64,000 bases of DNA from an uncultured Planctomycetales bacterium (lineage in GTDB: Bacteria; Planctomycetota; Phycisphaerae; UBA1845; Fen-1342). The DNA lies in contig CAYWYJ010000002.1 of assembly GCA_964462635.1 (NCBI GenBank), positions 4,047-68,046 on the forward strand, read 5' to 3'. Position 1 is the first letter of the stretch, and each line of letters starts with the position of its first letter. The translations under genes and the position numbers were made by a program. This document shows positions 39,961-51,736 of this stretch, piece after piece. Below the pieces are notes generated by a model. The model had not been told where the DNA came from, ran no database searches, and saw only the letters and a program-made list of their open reading frames with translations.

Positions 39961-41514
39961 ATGCATCCCCGTGAGATCATCGCCATCCTCGATTTCGGCA
40001 GCCAGTATTCGCAACTGATTGCCCGCCGCGTCCGCGAGAACCACGTCTACAGCGAGCTTCTGGCCCCGCAGACCCCGCCGGCCCGGCTCAAGGAGCTGGG
40101 GGTCCGCGGCATCATCCTGTCCGGCGGGCCGGCAAGCGTGTACGAGGCGGGCGCTCCGCGCTGCGACCCGGCGATCTTCGACCTGGGGGTGCCGGTGCTC
40201 GGCATTTGTTACGGGATGCAGTTGGCGTGCCAGCTTCTGGGCGGCGCGGTCACGCCCGGCCAGGCCCGCGAGTTTGGGCGCGTCCGCGTGCGTGTTCACC
40301 GGCCGGAGGGCGTGCTGGCCCACGTGCCGCCGGAGATCACCGTATGGATGAGCCACGGCGACGTGGTCCGCGCGGTGCCCGAGTGCTTCGAGCCGCTGGC
40401 CGAGACCGACAACTGCCCGGTCGCCGCGGTCCGGCACCGCTCCCGGCCGGTGTGGGGGGTGCAGTTCCACCCCGAGGTCACGCACACACCCAACGGCGAG
40501 TTGATGATCCGCAACTTTGTGTACGACTTGTGCGGGTGCCGGGGCGAGTGGCGCGTGCAGAACGTCATCGAAGCGGCTGTCGAGGAGGTCCGCAACCGCG
40601 TCGGACCGAACGAGCGGGTGATCTGCGGGCTGTCGGGCGGGGTGGACAGCAGCGTCACCGCGGCCCTGGTCCACCGGGCCATCGGCGACCGCTTGGTCAA
40701 CATCTTCGTGGACAACGGGCTGTGCCGGCGGCGGGAAGCCGAGCTGGTGGAACTGACGTTTCGCGGCCACTTCGGCATGGAGCTGCACGTGGTCGATGCC
40801 CGCCGGCGATTTCTCGACAAGCTGGCCGGGGTCGTCGATCCGCAGGAGAAGCGCCGCCTGATCGGCCACGAGTTCATCGAGGTGTTCCGAGACGAAGCCC
40901 GGCGGATCGAGGGGGCCCGCTTCCTGGCGCAAGGCACGATCTACCCGGACGTGATTGAGTCCGGCCACGGCCCCACCGGCCACGCCGCCGTCATCAAGTC
41001 GCACCACAACGTGGGCGGCCTGCCGGCGGAGCTCGGCTTCGAGCTGATCGAACCGTTGCGGCAGCTCTTCAAGGACGAGGTGCGCCTCGTCGGCGAGGCG
41101 CTCGGCCTGCCGGAGAACCTCGTCTGGCGACACCCGTTCCCCGGGCCGGGACTGGCCGTCCGCATCGCCGGCGCCGTCACGCCCGAGCGGCTGGAGGTGC
41201 TGCGCTCGGCGGACGAGATTCTTCTGGAGGAGTTGACGGCGGCCGGGTGGTACCGCAAGGTCGCGCAGGGCTTCGCGGTGCTGGTGCCGGTGGCCAGCGT
41301 GGGGGTGATGGGTGACGGCCGCTCATACGAAGGCCAGAACGTGATCGTCATTCGCCTCGTCGAGTCGAAGGACTTCATGACCGCCGACTGGGTCCACATC
41401 GACTACGGCGTGCTGGCGACGGTCAGCAACCGGATCATCAACGAAGTCGCCGGCGTGAACCGCGTGGCGTACGACATCTCCAGCAAGCCGCCGAGCACGA
41501 TCGAGTGGCAGTAG
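39961..41514 (+). CDS. guaA: GMP synthase (glutamine-hydrolyzing)
   Basis: The GATase block is [18 protein letters not shown]...GICYGMQL, the PP-loop is [10 protein letters not shown], and the C-terminus is ...[11 protein letters not shown]. Confidence 0.97.
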   Translation: MHPREIIAILDFGSQYSQLIARRVRENHVYSELLAPQTPPARLKELGVRGIILSGGPASVYEAGAPRCDPAIFDLGVPVLGICYGMQLACQLLGGAVTPGQAREFGRVRVRVHRPEGVLAHVPPEITVWMSHGDVVRAVPECFEPLAETDNCPVAAVRHRSRPVWGVQFHPEVTHTPNGELMIRNFVYDLCGCRGEWRVQNVIEAAVEEVRNRVGPNERVICGLSGGVDSSVTAALVHRAIGDRLVNIFVDNGLCRRREAELVELTFRGHFGMELHVVDARRRFLDKLAGVVDPQEKRRLIGHEFIEVFRDEARRIEGARFLAQGTIYPDVIESGHGPTGHAAVIKSHHNVGGLPAELGFELIEPLRQLFKDEVRLVGEALGLPENLVWRHPFPGPGLAVRIAGAVTPERLEVLRSADEILLEELTAAGWYRKVAQGFAVLVPVASVGVMGDGRSYEGQNVIVIRLVESKDFMTADWVHIDYGVLATVSNRIINEVAGVNRVAYDISSKPPSTIEWQ

Positions 41515-41535
41515 GCCCCCTGGGCGCTCGACGCC

Positions 41536-43191
41536 TCACGCGGCCGGCCCGGCGGCCACGGGGCTGGTGGACACCTGAAGCGCGTCGTCGCCGCGCACCA
41601 GGTCGATGTGGCAGTGCCAGCGGGGGTCGGGTTGCGGGAAATCCGTGCGGTAGTGGACGCCGCGGGACTCGCAGCGGGTCGCCGCCCCGGTGGCGATGGC
41701 CAGGGCGACGGTGAGCATGTTCTGCGTTTCCCACGCCCGCGGCTCGTCGAAGAGCTTGTCCATGACGTAGCGCGCCCAGAACGTAATGATCTCGAGCGTT
41801 TCCTGGAGGCGGTCGCCGCTGCGCTCCACGCCGACGTTGCGCGACATCAGGCTGGTCAGGCTGTTGAGCACGTCGACCAGGTCGAGCTCGGTGCGCGTGG
41901 ACCGCGGCAGCAGGTGGCTGATGGGCAGCGGGCTGTTCAGGTGACGGTTGGCCCGCGCCCGCTCGGCGGCCAGGCGCCCGGCGCGCCGGCCGAAAACCAG
42001 CCCCTCCAGCAGCGAATTGCTGGCCAGCCGGTTCGCCCCGTGCAGGCCGCTCGATGTGACTTCGCCGCACGCCAGCAGCCCGGGAAGGCTCGTCCGACCG
42101 CTCGCGTCCACGACGACGCCGCCGACCGCGTAGTGCGCGCTGGGCCGCACGGGGATCAGGTCGCGCTCCGGGTCGATGTCGAAGTCGCGGCACAGTCGCG
42201 TCAGGTTGGGGAACCGCTCCGCGAAGCGGCCCGTCGGAAAGTGCCGCACGTCGAGATAGACGCACGCCGCGTGGCTCCGCCGCATCTCGTTGGCGATCGC
42301 CCGGCTCACCACGTCGCGCGAGGCCAGCTCGGCCCGCTCGTCGTACTCGGGCATGAAGCGGCGGCCGTCGCGGGTCACGAGGTAGGCGCCCTCGCCGCGC
42401 ACGGCCTCGGTGATGAGCTCGCGGGCGGCCCCGGCGACATAGAGCGTGGTGGGGTGGAACTGGATCATCTCCATGTCGCGGAGGACGGCGCCGGCACGGA
42501 AGGCCATCGCCAGGCCGTCGCCGGTCGCCACGGGCGGGTTCGTCGTTTCCCGGTAGACACGCCCGCAGCCGCCGGTGGCCAGGACCGTGGTCGTCGCCCA
42601 GAACATCTGGTAGCGGTACTTGGGGTGATAGGTGACCAGGCCGACGACCTGGCCGTCGTGGGTCAGCAAGTCGATGGCGAAGCACTGCTCAAAGACGCGA
42701 ATTCGCGGATGGGCGCGGGCCTTGTCCAGCAGGACGCGCAGGATTTCCTGCCCCGTGGCGTCGCGGGCATGGATGATCCGCGGCACGGTGTGCCCGCCTT
42801 CCCGACCGGCTGACAGGCTGCCCCCGGCCCGGTCGAAGTTCGCCCCGCTGGCCTGAAGGTCGGCGATGATTCCCGGGGCCTCGGTGGCACACTGCCGAAT
42901 CGTGTCCGCGTGCCCCAGGCCGCAGGCAACCTCCAGCGTGTCGCGGGCGTGCTGTTCGGGGCTGTCGCCGACGCCCAGGGCCGCCGCGATGCCTCCCTGG
43001 GCCCACGCCGTCGCCGACTGCTCCGCCCGGTCCTTCGTCACCAAGACGACGTCGCCGCCCTCCGCCGCCTGCAATGCCGCCTCCAGCCCCGCGATTCCCG
43101 ATCCGATGACCACCACGTCAGTGAATAGATGAGGGACGCGGTGATACTCAAAATTGGTCAGGTAACGACGGCGGGCCACGGTGCTGCTCAT
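41536..43191 (-). CDS. nadB: L-aspartate oxidase
   Basis: Start at MSSTVARRRY... (43191). The FAD fold motif is DVVVIGSGIAGLEAAL, with RPSAHYAVGGV and HGANRLASNSLLEGLVFG. The listed ORF has a 21-codon upstream extension. Confidence 0.93.
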   Translation of the reverse strand: MSSTVARRRYLTNFEYHRVPHLFTDVVVIGSGIAGLEAALQAAEGGDVVLVTKDRAEQSATAWAQGGIAAALGVGDSPEQHARDTLEVACGLGHADTIRQCATEAPGIIADLQASGANFDRAGGSLSAGREGGHTVPRIIHARDATGQEILRVLLDKARAHPRIRVFEQCFAIDLLTHDGQVVGLVTYHPKYRYQMFWATTTVLATGGCGRVYRETTNPPVATGDGLAMAFRAGAVLRDMEMIQFHPTTLYVAGAARELITEAVRGEGAYLVTRDGRRFMPEYDERAELASRDVVSRAIANEMRRSHAACVYLDVRHFPTGRFAERFPNLTRLCRDFDIDPERDLIPVRPSAHYAVGGVVVDASGRTSLPGLLACGEVTSSGLHGANRLASNSLLEGLVFGRRAGRLAAERARANRHLNSPLPISHLLPRSTRTELDLVDVLNSLTSLMSRNVGVERSGDRLQETLEIITFWARYVMDKLFDEPRAWETQNMLTVALAIATGAATRCESRGVHYRTDFPQPDPRWHCHIDLVRGDDALQVSTSPVAAGPAA

Positions 43192-43196
43192 GGGAC

Positions 43197-43772
43197 CTAC
43201 TTGGTGTGCGTGAACCGGCGGACCTGGGCGTCGGTCACGAGCATGTCCACGCAAACGTCGGAGGGGCCGACGGGGATCGCATCGACCACCTGATCTTCCA
43301 GGGCCAGCGCGCAGGCCACGCCGCGGAAGTCCGGGTGCGACAAGAACCGGTCATAGAAGCCCCGGCCGCGGCCCAGCCGATTGCCCTGCCGGTCGAAACC
43401 CAGGCCCGGCACGACCACGAGGTCGATGTCCGCAACCGGGACGGGCAGGCCCTCCAGCGGCTCGCGGATTCCCATGTACCCCTCCTCGACGCCGCTGACC
43501 AGCGAGTGGATTTCGACGGGGAGCATTCGGCGCTGGTCCCACGCCACGCGAGGGGCCAGGACGGTCTTGTGGTCGGCCCAGGCGTCCAGGGCCAGGGGTT
43601 GCGTGTCCACCTCGTGGGCCGTGGACAAGAAGATCATGAGCGTGTTGGCCCGGCGATACTCGTCCTGCTCGCACAGCCGCCCGCACGCCGCCGCGCTGCG
43701 CTGTTGCAGCACTTCCGGCGGGATCGCTCTCAGCCGGGCTCGCAGCTCTTGACGCAGGGTCTTCTTCGGCAC
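43197..43772 (-). CDS. 5-formyltetrahydrofolate cyclo-ligase
   Basis: The GTG start lies 2 nt after the rarA stop. The motif is VVVPGLGFDRQGNRLGRGRGFYDRFL and the length is about 191 aa. The listed ORF 43197..44126 overlaps rarA and is over-extended. Confidence 0.8.
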   Translation of the reverse strand: MPKKTLRQELRARLRAIPPEVLQQRSAAACGRLCEQDEYRRANTLMIFLSTAHEVDTQPLALDAWADHKTVLAPRVAWDQRRMLPVEIHSLVSGVEEGYMGIREPLEGLPVPVADIDLVVVPGLGFDRQGNRLGRGRGFYDRFLSHPDFRGVACALALEDQVVDAIPVGPSDVCVDMLVTDAQVRRFTHTK

Positions 43773-43774
43773 GG

Positions 43775-45130
43775 CTAGCTCTGCTTCCGTTCGGCGGCGG
43801 CGCGGGCCCGCGCCGCGCGCAACCCGCGCACGATCTCGGCCAACTGGGCTTCGTGCCCCTGGGTCGTGGGATTGTAATACGTTTTCGACTGGGTGAGGTA
43901 GCCCTGCTCCACGATCGCCCGCGGGTCGTCGGGCGGATACCGATAGCCGGTCCCGTGGCCGAGGCGCGCCGCGCCGCCGTAACTGGCATCCCGCAGGTGC
44001 TCCGGCACCGGCAGCGTCACGCCCTCCCGTACATCCTGCCGCGCCGCCGCGATGGCGGCAGCGACCGCGTTGGATTTCGGTGCGCAAGCGATGTAGATCG
44101 CCGCCTGCGCCAGGGCGTATTCGCACTCGGGCAAGCCGACGGCCTGCGTGATCTGGACGGCAGCGGCCGCCAGGATGGCCGCCTGCGGGTCCGCGTTGCC
44201 GACGTCCTCGGACGCGCAGATGGCGATGCGCCGGGCGATGAAGCGGGGGTCCTCGCCCCCCTCCAACATGCGGGCCAGCCAGTACAGGGCCGCGTCGGGG
44301 TCGCTGCCGCGCATGCTCTTGATGAACGCCGACGCAATGTCGTAATGCGCGTCGCCCGCCGCGTCGTAGGGGATCGCCTTCTGCTGCAGCGACTCGGCGG
44401 CCACCTCGAGCGTGACGTGCGGCGGGGCGGCGGGCGCCGGGGCGGTCCCCCGCGTCAACGACAGCACGGCCACTTCGAGCGCGGCCAGCGCGCGGCGGGC
44501 GTCGCCGTCGGCCCGCTCGGCGAGAAAACGCAGGGCCGCCTCGTCGGCCGTCGCCCCGGTACTCCCGAGGCCGCGCTCGGCGTCCGCCAGCGCGCGACGC
44601 AGGAGCGTCAGGAGCTGCTCCGGCGTCAGCGGGCGGAACTCGAAGATGTGGCTGCGCGACAGCAGCGGGGCGGTGAGGGAGAAGAAGGGGTTCTCCGTCG
44701 TGGCCCCGATGAGCGTGAGGGTCCCCTCTTCCACGTCCTTGAGCAGCACGTCCTGCTGGGCGCGGTTGAAGCGGTGAATCTCATCCAAAAAGAGGACCGT
44801 CCGTGGGCCGCCCGCCGTCAGACGCTGGTGCGCCGCGTCAATCACCGCGCGCACGTCCTTGACGCCGGCTTCGGCGGCGTGCAGGGTGACGAACGCCGCG
44901 TGCGTGTGGGCCGCGACGAGCAGCGCCAGCGTCGTCTTGCCTGTTCCCGGGGGCCCGTACAGGATCGCGCTGCCCAGCCGATCGGCGTCGATCAGGCGGC
45001 GGAGCAGCCGGCCGGGGGCGGCGAAGTGCTCCTGCCCGACGAATTCGTCCAGCGTCCGCGGCCGCATTCGTACGGTCAGCGGCTCAACGGCACGACGGGC
45101 CGCTTCTCGCTGCTCGCGGAACAAGTCCAT
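43775..45130 (-). CDS. rarA: Replication-associated recombination protein A (AAA+ ATPase)
   Basis: RMRPRTLDEFVGQEH, Walker A GPPGTGKTTLA, LFLDEIHRFN, and the MgsA C-terminal block YDIASAFIKSMRGSDPDAALYWLARML. Confidence 0.95.
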   Translation of the reverse strand: MDLFREQREAARRAVEPLTVRMRPRTLDEFVGQEHFAAPGRLLRRLIDADRLGSAILYGPPGTGKTTLALLVAAHTHAAFVTLHAAEAGVKDVRAVIDAAHQRLTAGGPRTVLFLDEIHRFNRAQQDVLLKDVEEGTLTLIGATTENPFFSLTAPLLSRSHIFEFRPLTPEQLLTLLRRALADAERGLGSTGATADEAALRFLAERADGDARRALAALEVAVLSLTRGTAPAPAAPPHVTLEVAAESLQQKAIPYDAAGDAHYDIASAFIKSMRGSDPDAALYWLARMLEGGEDPRFIARRIAICASEDVGNADPQAAILAAAAVQITQAVGLPECEYALAQAAIYIACAPKSNAVAAAIAAARQDVREGVTLPVPEHLRDASYGGAARLGHGTGYRYPPDDPRAIVEQGYLTQSKTYYNPTTQGHEAQLAEIVRGLRAARARAAAERKQS

Positions 45131-45165
45131 GGCAGCGGAGTATACCCCCGCGGGAAGCCCGACGG

Positions 45166-46794
<1,629 letters not shown>

Positions 46795-46971
46795 GTCGTG
46801 TCCGTTGGGTCGCGGGTCGCCGTGTGTCCGGCGGCACGGCCTGCCGGCGGTACGCCGACCACGGGCCGCGGTTCACCCCCGGACCGCGGGCCGCTCGGAT
46901 TGTCCGCCAGAACTGGTCCGTGTGCGGTCAGCACCGGACGGTCGCTGTTTTGGACGTCACGGGGGCCGTCG

Positions 46972-47178
46972 TCAGGCGTACGTATCCACCCGAGTTTGGG
47001 CTGAGCCGCCCACCGACCGCCATGTTTCCAGCACGTCCTCGACGGTCTGCTTGACAAGCTCCGCCGCCTGCTCGCCGGCCTGCTGGACCAGCTTGAGTAC
47101 GCGCAGGCCAACGGCGGCTTCCACCTGGGCCTGCGCTGTGACGCTGCTGAATGTCGCTATGCTGGTCACGTCGCTCAT
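46972..47178 (-). CDS. YjfB-like putative motility protein (68 aa)
   Basis: MSDVTSIATFSSVTAQAQVEAAVGLRVLKLVQQAGEQAAELV resembles the YjfB family pattern (S.A...S.AQ.Q.....V.VLK......E..A..L). A GAGG RBS is present. Confidence 0.55.
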   Translation of the reverse strand: MSDVTSIATFSSVTAQAQVEAAVGLRVLKLVQQAGEQAAELVKQTVEDVLETWRSVGGSAQTRVDTYA

Positions 47179-47418
47179 GGCTGTTTACCTCTGTCGTGCC
47201 AAAGTCGACGATCCGCGCCGGGAGTCCGACGCGCCCAGCGCTTCGCCGCTAAGGGTAGAATGCCAATTGTTAGGTTCGCGGGCGACGCATTCTAATGATG
47301 ATTTGAAGCCGCCCCCGGTCGGTGCCCCCGATAATGTCGGCTCCGGAAGCGTCCCGTTGGCGCCGGGCCGCTGGTCTGATAGTCATTGCGCCTGCGGAAC
47401 CCCGCGAAAGCGAGAACC

Positions 47419-48276
47419 ATGACGCCGGCCCCCACCGCTTCGCCCCGCATCGACCTGGCCACGCTGCGTTGCATGAAGTCGGAGGGGCGCAAGTCCGCCT
47501 GGCTGACCGCCTACGATTATCCGACCGCGGCCCTGGCCGAGGCGGCGGGCGTCCACGCGCTGCTCGTCGGGGATTCGCTCGCCACCGTGCTGCTTGGCCA
47601 TCCGACAACCCGTACCGCCCCCCTCGACCTGATGATCTCGTTGGCCGAGGCCGTGCGACGCGGCGCCCCGCACGTCTTCCTCGTCGGAGACATGCCCTAC
47701 GAAGCCGTCCGCGGCGGCGGCGTGGCCGGGGCCGTCCGGGCCGCCCGCCGCTTCCGTGAAGTCGCGGGCTGCGACGCGGTGAAGTTCGAGGCCGCTCCCG
47801 GCGACGAGCCCCTGGTCAACGCCCTGACCCGTGCCGGCCTCGCCACCATCGCGCACCTGGGGCTGCGACCGCAGGAGATTCTCTCGGCGGACGGCTACCG
47901 GGCGCAGGCGCGGGACCCGAGCGCCATCGCGGCCCTGGTCGGCCATGCGCGGAGCATGGTCGCTGCCGGCGCCGTCATGCTCTTGCTCGAAGCCGTGCCC
48001 AACGAGGCTTCGTCGGCGGTGGTCGCCGCGGTGGATGTGCCGGTGATCGGGTGTGGGGCGGGTCCGGCGTGCGACGGCCATATCCTCGTTACACAGGACA
48101 TGCTGGGCCTGGGCGCGCCGCGCCCGCCGCGGTTCGTCCCCGTCATGGCCGACCTTCGCCGGACGATGGCGGAAGCGATGCAGCGCTACGTGGAGGACAT
48201 TGTCGCCGGCCGGTACCCCGGCCCCCAGCATGTCTACCACATGCGGGCGTCGGCCGGCGAGGCCCCGCCCTCGTGA
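47419..48276 (+). CDS. panB: 3-methyl-2-oxobutanoate hydroxymethyltransferase
   Basis: LTAYDYPTAALAEAAGVHALLVGDSLATVLLGH and RRGAPHVFLVGDMPY. The start is taken at MTPAPT; an upstream in-frame start at 47386 is possible. Confidence 0.92.
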   Translation: MTPAPTASPRIDLATLRCMKSEGRKSAWLTAYDYPTAALAEAAGVHALLVGDSLATVLLGHPTTRTAPLDLMISLAEAVRRGAPHVFLVGDMPYEAVRGGGVAGAVRAARRFREVAGCDAVKFEAAPGDEPLVNALTRAGLATIAHLGLRPQEILSADGYRAQARDPSAIAALVGHARSMVAAGAVMLLLEAVPNEASSAVVAAVDVPVIGCGAGPACDGHILVTQDMLGLGAPRPPRFVPVMADLRRTMAEAMQRYVEDIVAGRYPGPQHVYHMRASAGEAPPS

Positions 48277-49199
48277 CGCCCGCGGCCGCCCCGAGCCGGT
48301 GCCTTGCCTGCGGCCCGGACGCGCCGCGGCCGCGCGCCGCGCTGCGTCTGATGAATGGCCGACCGCTGCTCCAATGTCCGCGCTGCCGGTTGGCCTGGTG
48401 GGACTGGCCGCCGTTCGACCCCGCCGCCCTCTACGACGCATCGTACTTCCAGTCCCCGGACAGCGCCGCCGGCTACGACGACTATGCCGCGTTGGAGCCG
48501 GGGCTCCGTCGAACCGCCTGCGGCCGCCTGCGACGCATCGCCCGGTGCCAAACCCACCGCCCCCCCGCCCCCCGCCTGCTGGAAATCGGCTGCGGCCCGG
48601 GAGTGTTCCTGGACGCCGCCGCCGCGGCGGGCTGGGAGGTCCACGGAATCGAAGTCAGCGCATACGCGGCCGAACAGGCCCGTCGCCGCGGGCACCCCGT
48701 GCAGTGCGCGGCGAGCGAAGCGCTGGATCTGCCCGGCGAGGCGTACGACGCGGTGGCCATGTGGGACGTCATCGAGCACCTGCGTGACCCGGCGCGCGTG
48801 CTGCACGCGGCGGCCCGGGCGCTGCGACCCGGGGGTGTTCTGGCGTTATCCACCGGCGACGTGACCTCGCTGTGTGCCCGCTTGTGCGGGGCGCGCTGGC
48901 ACCTGTTCAACCTCCCCGAGCACCTGTTCTTCTTCTCCCCCGCGGCGCTGCGGCACTTGCTGGCCGCCGCCGGTTTGCACGTCCGGCTGTGGACGCGCGA
49001 GGTCACGTGGCTGCCCGTGGCCTACTTGCTCGAACGACTGCGCAAGTCCGCCGCCCCGAAGTGGTGGCGGCCGGCGGCGCGTTCACCGTCCGGCGTCCTC
49101 GGCGCTCTGTTGCTCCCCGCGACACTGCTGGACGTGCTCGGCGTGTACGCGGTGCGCGGTCGAGGTAATCGCCAACCCGCCCGTGACGCGGTACACTGA
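48273..49199 (+). CDS. Class I SAM-dependent methyltransferase with N-terminal zinc-ribbon-like CxxC...CxxC
   Basis: The GTG start overlaps the panB stop (GTGA). The N-terminus has CLACG...CPRC. The SAM motif is LLEIGCGPGVF, followed by DAVAMWDVIEHLRDP...LRPGGVLALST. Confidence 0.8.
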   Translation: MTPAAAPSRCLACGPDAPRPRAALRLMNGRPLLQCPRCRLAWWDWPPFDPAALYDASYFQSPDSAAGYDDYAALEPGLRRTACGRLRRIARCQTHRPPAPRLLEIGCGPGVFLDAAAAAGWEVHGIEVSAYAAEQARRRGHPVQCAASEALDLPGEAYDAVAMWDVIEHLRDPARVLHAAARALRPGGVLALSTGDVTSLCARLCGARWHLFNLPEHLFFFSPAALRHLLAAAGLHVRLWTREVTWLPVAYLLERLRKSAAPKWWRPAARSPSGVLGALLLPATLLDVLGVYAVRGRGNRQPARDAVH

Positions 49200-49273
49200 A
49201 CGGGCCGGGTCGGCGCCGGAGTTGCCGGTGTCGGTGAGGGCGTGCGACCGGCGGCCCGCGGAGTGAACTGCCC

Positions 49274-49609
49274 ATGATCTTCGGTGAGGAAAACGAACAG
49301 AACGCCGGGCCGCCGCCGCCGCACCCGCAGGCGACCTTCCGCCTGGACACGGCCACGATGGAAACGGTGTACGCGAACTTCTTCGCGCTGGCCGGCTCTC
49401 CGGACGAGCTGGTGTTGTACCTGGGGGCCAACTCGCCGCTGCCCAACGTCACGCAGCCGGAGATCAAGGTTTCGCACCGGCTGATGTTGTTGCCGGCCAA
49501 CGCCAAGCGGCTCATGCTGGCGCTGCAACAGGCGATCAAGGCGCACGAGGACCGCTTCGGCCCCATCGAGCTGCCGCCGCCACGCCGGCCGGAACCCCCG
49601 AACCGCTGA
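49274..49609 (+). CDS. DUF3467 domain-containing protein
   Basis: VYANFFALAGSPDELVLYLG.....KVSHRLMLLPANAKRLMLALQQAIKAHEDRFG matches my memory of DUF3467. Confidence 0.7.
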   Translation: MIFGEENEQNAGPPPPHPQATFRLDTATMETVYANFFALAGSPDELVLYLGANSPLPNVTQPEIKVSHRLMLLPANAKRLMLALQQAIKAHEDRFGPIELPPPRRPEPPNR

Positions 49610-49629
49610 CTCGCGGTGGGCCGCCGCCC

Positions 49630-50937
49630 ATGTTGATCCGCACGTTGTTGTCACGGGAGTTGTTCGCCCTGGGGCTGCGGGACCTGCGGGCCCACAAGCT
49701 CCGCTCGCTGCTGACGGCGCTGGGGGTGATCTTCGGCGTGGCGGCGGTGATCTGCATGTTGAGCATCGGCGAGGCCGCGTCCGCCGAGCAACTCGAACAA
49801 ATCCGCCTGCTGGGCAGCAACAACATCATCCTCCGCAGCGTCGAGCCCCCGAAGTCCGAGCAGGTCGGTCAGGCCCAGGATGCGGTCAAGAAATACGGCG
49901 TGACCCGCGAGGACGCGGCCCGGCTCCGCGAGCTGCCGCATGTCGCCGACGTGGCACGGCTGCGGGAGGTGGCGGACACGGCGGTCCACGGCGCCCGGCA
50001 GTTCGACGGGCGCGTCATGGGGACTTCGGAGAACTACTTCCGCATTGTCAACGTCCGTCTCGCCCGCGGGCGTTCGCTGACGATGCTGGACGAGGAGGAG
50101 CGACGCAAGGTGTGCGTCATCGGGGCCGCGGTCGCCCGTTCGCTCTTCCCCGAGGACGATCCGCTGGGCCAGTCGATCTCCGTCCAGAGTCGCTCCGCCG
50201 GCAGCGTCCCGTACACCATCGTCGGCGTACTGGCCGCCGTCACCACCGCCGGGAACCCCGCGAAGGGCCTGGCGGCCCGCGACGTCAACCGCGACATCTA
50301 CCTTCCGCTGGCCACGGCGGACCTGCGTTACGGCGACTTGAACATGTCGCGCACCGGGATGTCGCGCGAGTTCAAGGAGGTGCAGCTCAGCGACCTGTAT
50401 GTCCACGTCCAGCCCCAGGAGCGGGTGCTGGCCGTGTCGCGCATGGTCGAGCGCGTGCTGCAACACAGCCACCCGCAACTGGACTACACCATCACCGTGC
50501 CGCTGGAACTCCTGCAACAGGCCGAACAGGTCAAGCGCTCCTCGCAGATCGTGCTCGGCAGCATCGCCGGCATCTCGCTGCTCGTCGGCGGCATCGGCAT
50601 CATGAACATCATGCTTGCCTCGGTCACCGAACGCACCCGCGAGATCGGCATCCGCCGCGCCCTCGGCGCCAAACGCTACCACATCACCGCCCAGTTCCTC
50701 ATCCAGACCTTGATCCTCAGCGTGCTGGGCGGCCTGATCGGGATCGCCCTGGGCGTGGGCCTGGCCCGCCTGGTGACCGTGGTCGTACACTGGCAGACGA
50801 TTATCCCGCTCTGGGGCGTGGTGCTGAGTTTCGGCGTCTCGGCGCTGGTGGGCATCGTGTTCGGCCTGTATCCGGCCCGCGCCGCCGCCCGACTCGACCC
50901 CATTGAAGCCCTCAATTCCGCGACGCGGATGGCCTGA
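49630..50937 (+). CDS. MacB-type ABC transporter permease (MacB periplasmic core + FtsX domain)
   Basis: LRDLRAHKLRSLLTALGVIFGVAAVI and LVGGIGIMNIMLASVTERTREIGIRRALGAKR. There are four TM segments. No cognate ATPase is adjacent. Confidence 0.88.
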   Translation: MLIRTLLSRELFALGLRDLRAHKLRSLLTALGVIFGVAAVICMLSIGEAASAEQLEQIRLLGSNNIILRSVEPPKSEQVGQAQDAVKKYGVTREDAARLRELPHVADVARLREVADTAVHGARQFDGRVMGTSENYFRIVNVRLARGRSLTMLDEEERRKVCVIGAAVARSLFPEDDPLGQSISVQSRSAGSVPYTIVGVLAAVTTAGNPAKGLAARDVNRDIYLPLATADLRYGDLNMSRTGMSREFKEVQLSDLYVHVQPQERVLAVSRMVERVLQHSHPQLDYTITVPLELLQQAEQVKRSSQIVLGSIAGISLLVGGIGIMNIMLASVTERTREIGIRRALGAKRYHITAQFLIQTLILSVLGGLIGIALGVGLARLVTVVVHWQTIIPLWGVVLSFGVSALVGIVFGLYPARAAARLDPIEALNSATRMA

Positions 50938-50943
50938 GCAGCC

Positions 50944-51687
50944 GTGCCCACCCCTCTGTACGTCCTCCGCGACCCTCCCCTCGACGGGCCCACCAACATG
51001 GCCCGCGACGAGCACCTGCTGTACGACGCCCGGTCTTGGCCGGCGGTCTTGCGCATCTACGCATGGACCCCGCCGACGCTGAGCCTGGGGTGTTTCCAAC
51101 GCTTCGCCGACATTGAAACCCTGCCCGCCGACGTGCGCACCCTGCCGGTGGTCCGACGTCCCACCGGCGGCGGGGCGATCCTCCATGACCGCGAGGTCAC
51201 CTATGCGCTCGTCATCAACGAGGACCGGCTGCCGGCCAAGGCGTCGCCGGCGGAGTTGTACCGGCTGGTACACGCCTGCTGGCAGGCGGTCTTGTCGCCG
51301 CGGGTGGCGGACCTGACGCTGGCCGACGAGGCGTTTCCACCTCCCCACCCGCGCCACGGCCCGTTCTTCTGCTTCGAGAAGCCGGGCCGGACCGATCTGC
51401 TGCGCGGGGCGCGTAAGGTTCTCGGCAGCGCGCAGCGCCGCATTCCCGGCCGCGTGCTCCAACATGGTTCGCTCATCCTGGGTCGGCGCTTCGCCCCGCA
51501 TCCCGGGGGGCATTTGGACGAACCGCCACCCGCGCTCGTCGCGGATTGGATTGCCGCGTTCATCAGCCGATTGGCCGAGGGCCTCAACCTCCATCCGGGG
51601 CCGGCCGCCTGGACCCCGGAGCAGCTTGCCGCCGTCGCCGACCGCCGCCGCCGCTATGAGTCGGACGAGTGGACGCGACGGCATTGA
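50944..51687 (+). CDS. Lipoate-protein ligase / octanoyltransferase family protein (BPL/LPL catalytic domain)
   Basis: GTG start. Blocks are NMARDEHLLY, RIYAWTPPTLSLGCFQ, VVRRPTGGGAILHDREVTYALV and KVLGSAQRR. Confidence 0.75.
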   Translation: MPTPLYVLRDPPLDGPTNMARDEHLLYDARSWPAVLRIYAWTPPTLSLGCFQRFADIETLPADVRTLPVVRRPTGGGAILHDREVTYALVINEDRLPAKASPAELYRLVHACWQAVLSPRVADLTLADEAFPPPHPRHGPFFCFEKPGRTDLLRGARKVLGSAQRRIPGRVLQHGSLILGRRFAPHPGGHLDEPPPALVADWIAAFISRLAEGLNLHPGPAAWTPEQLAAVADRRRRYESDEWTRRH

Positions 51688-51736
51688 CCGGTCCGCCGGT
51701 TTGAAGGCCCGACCATCCGGCTTATGATGCCGCGCG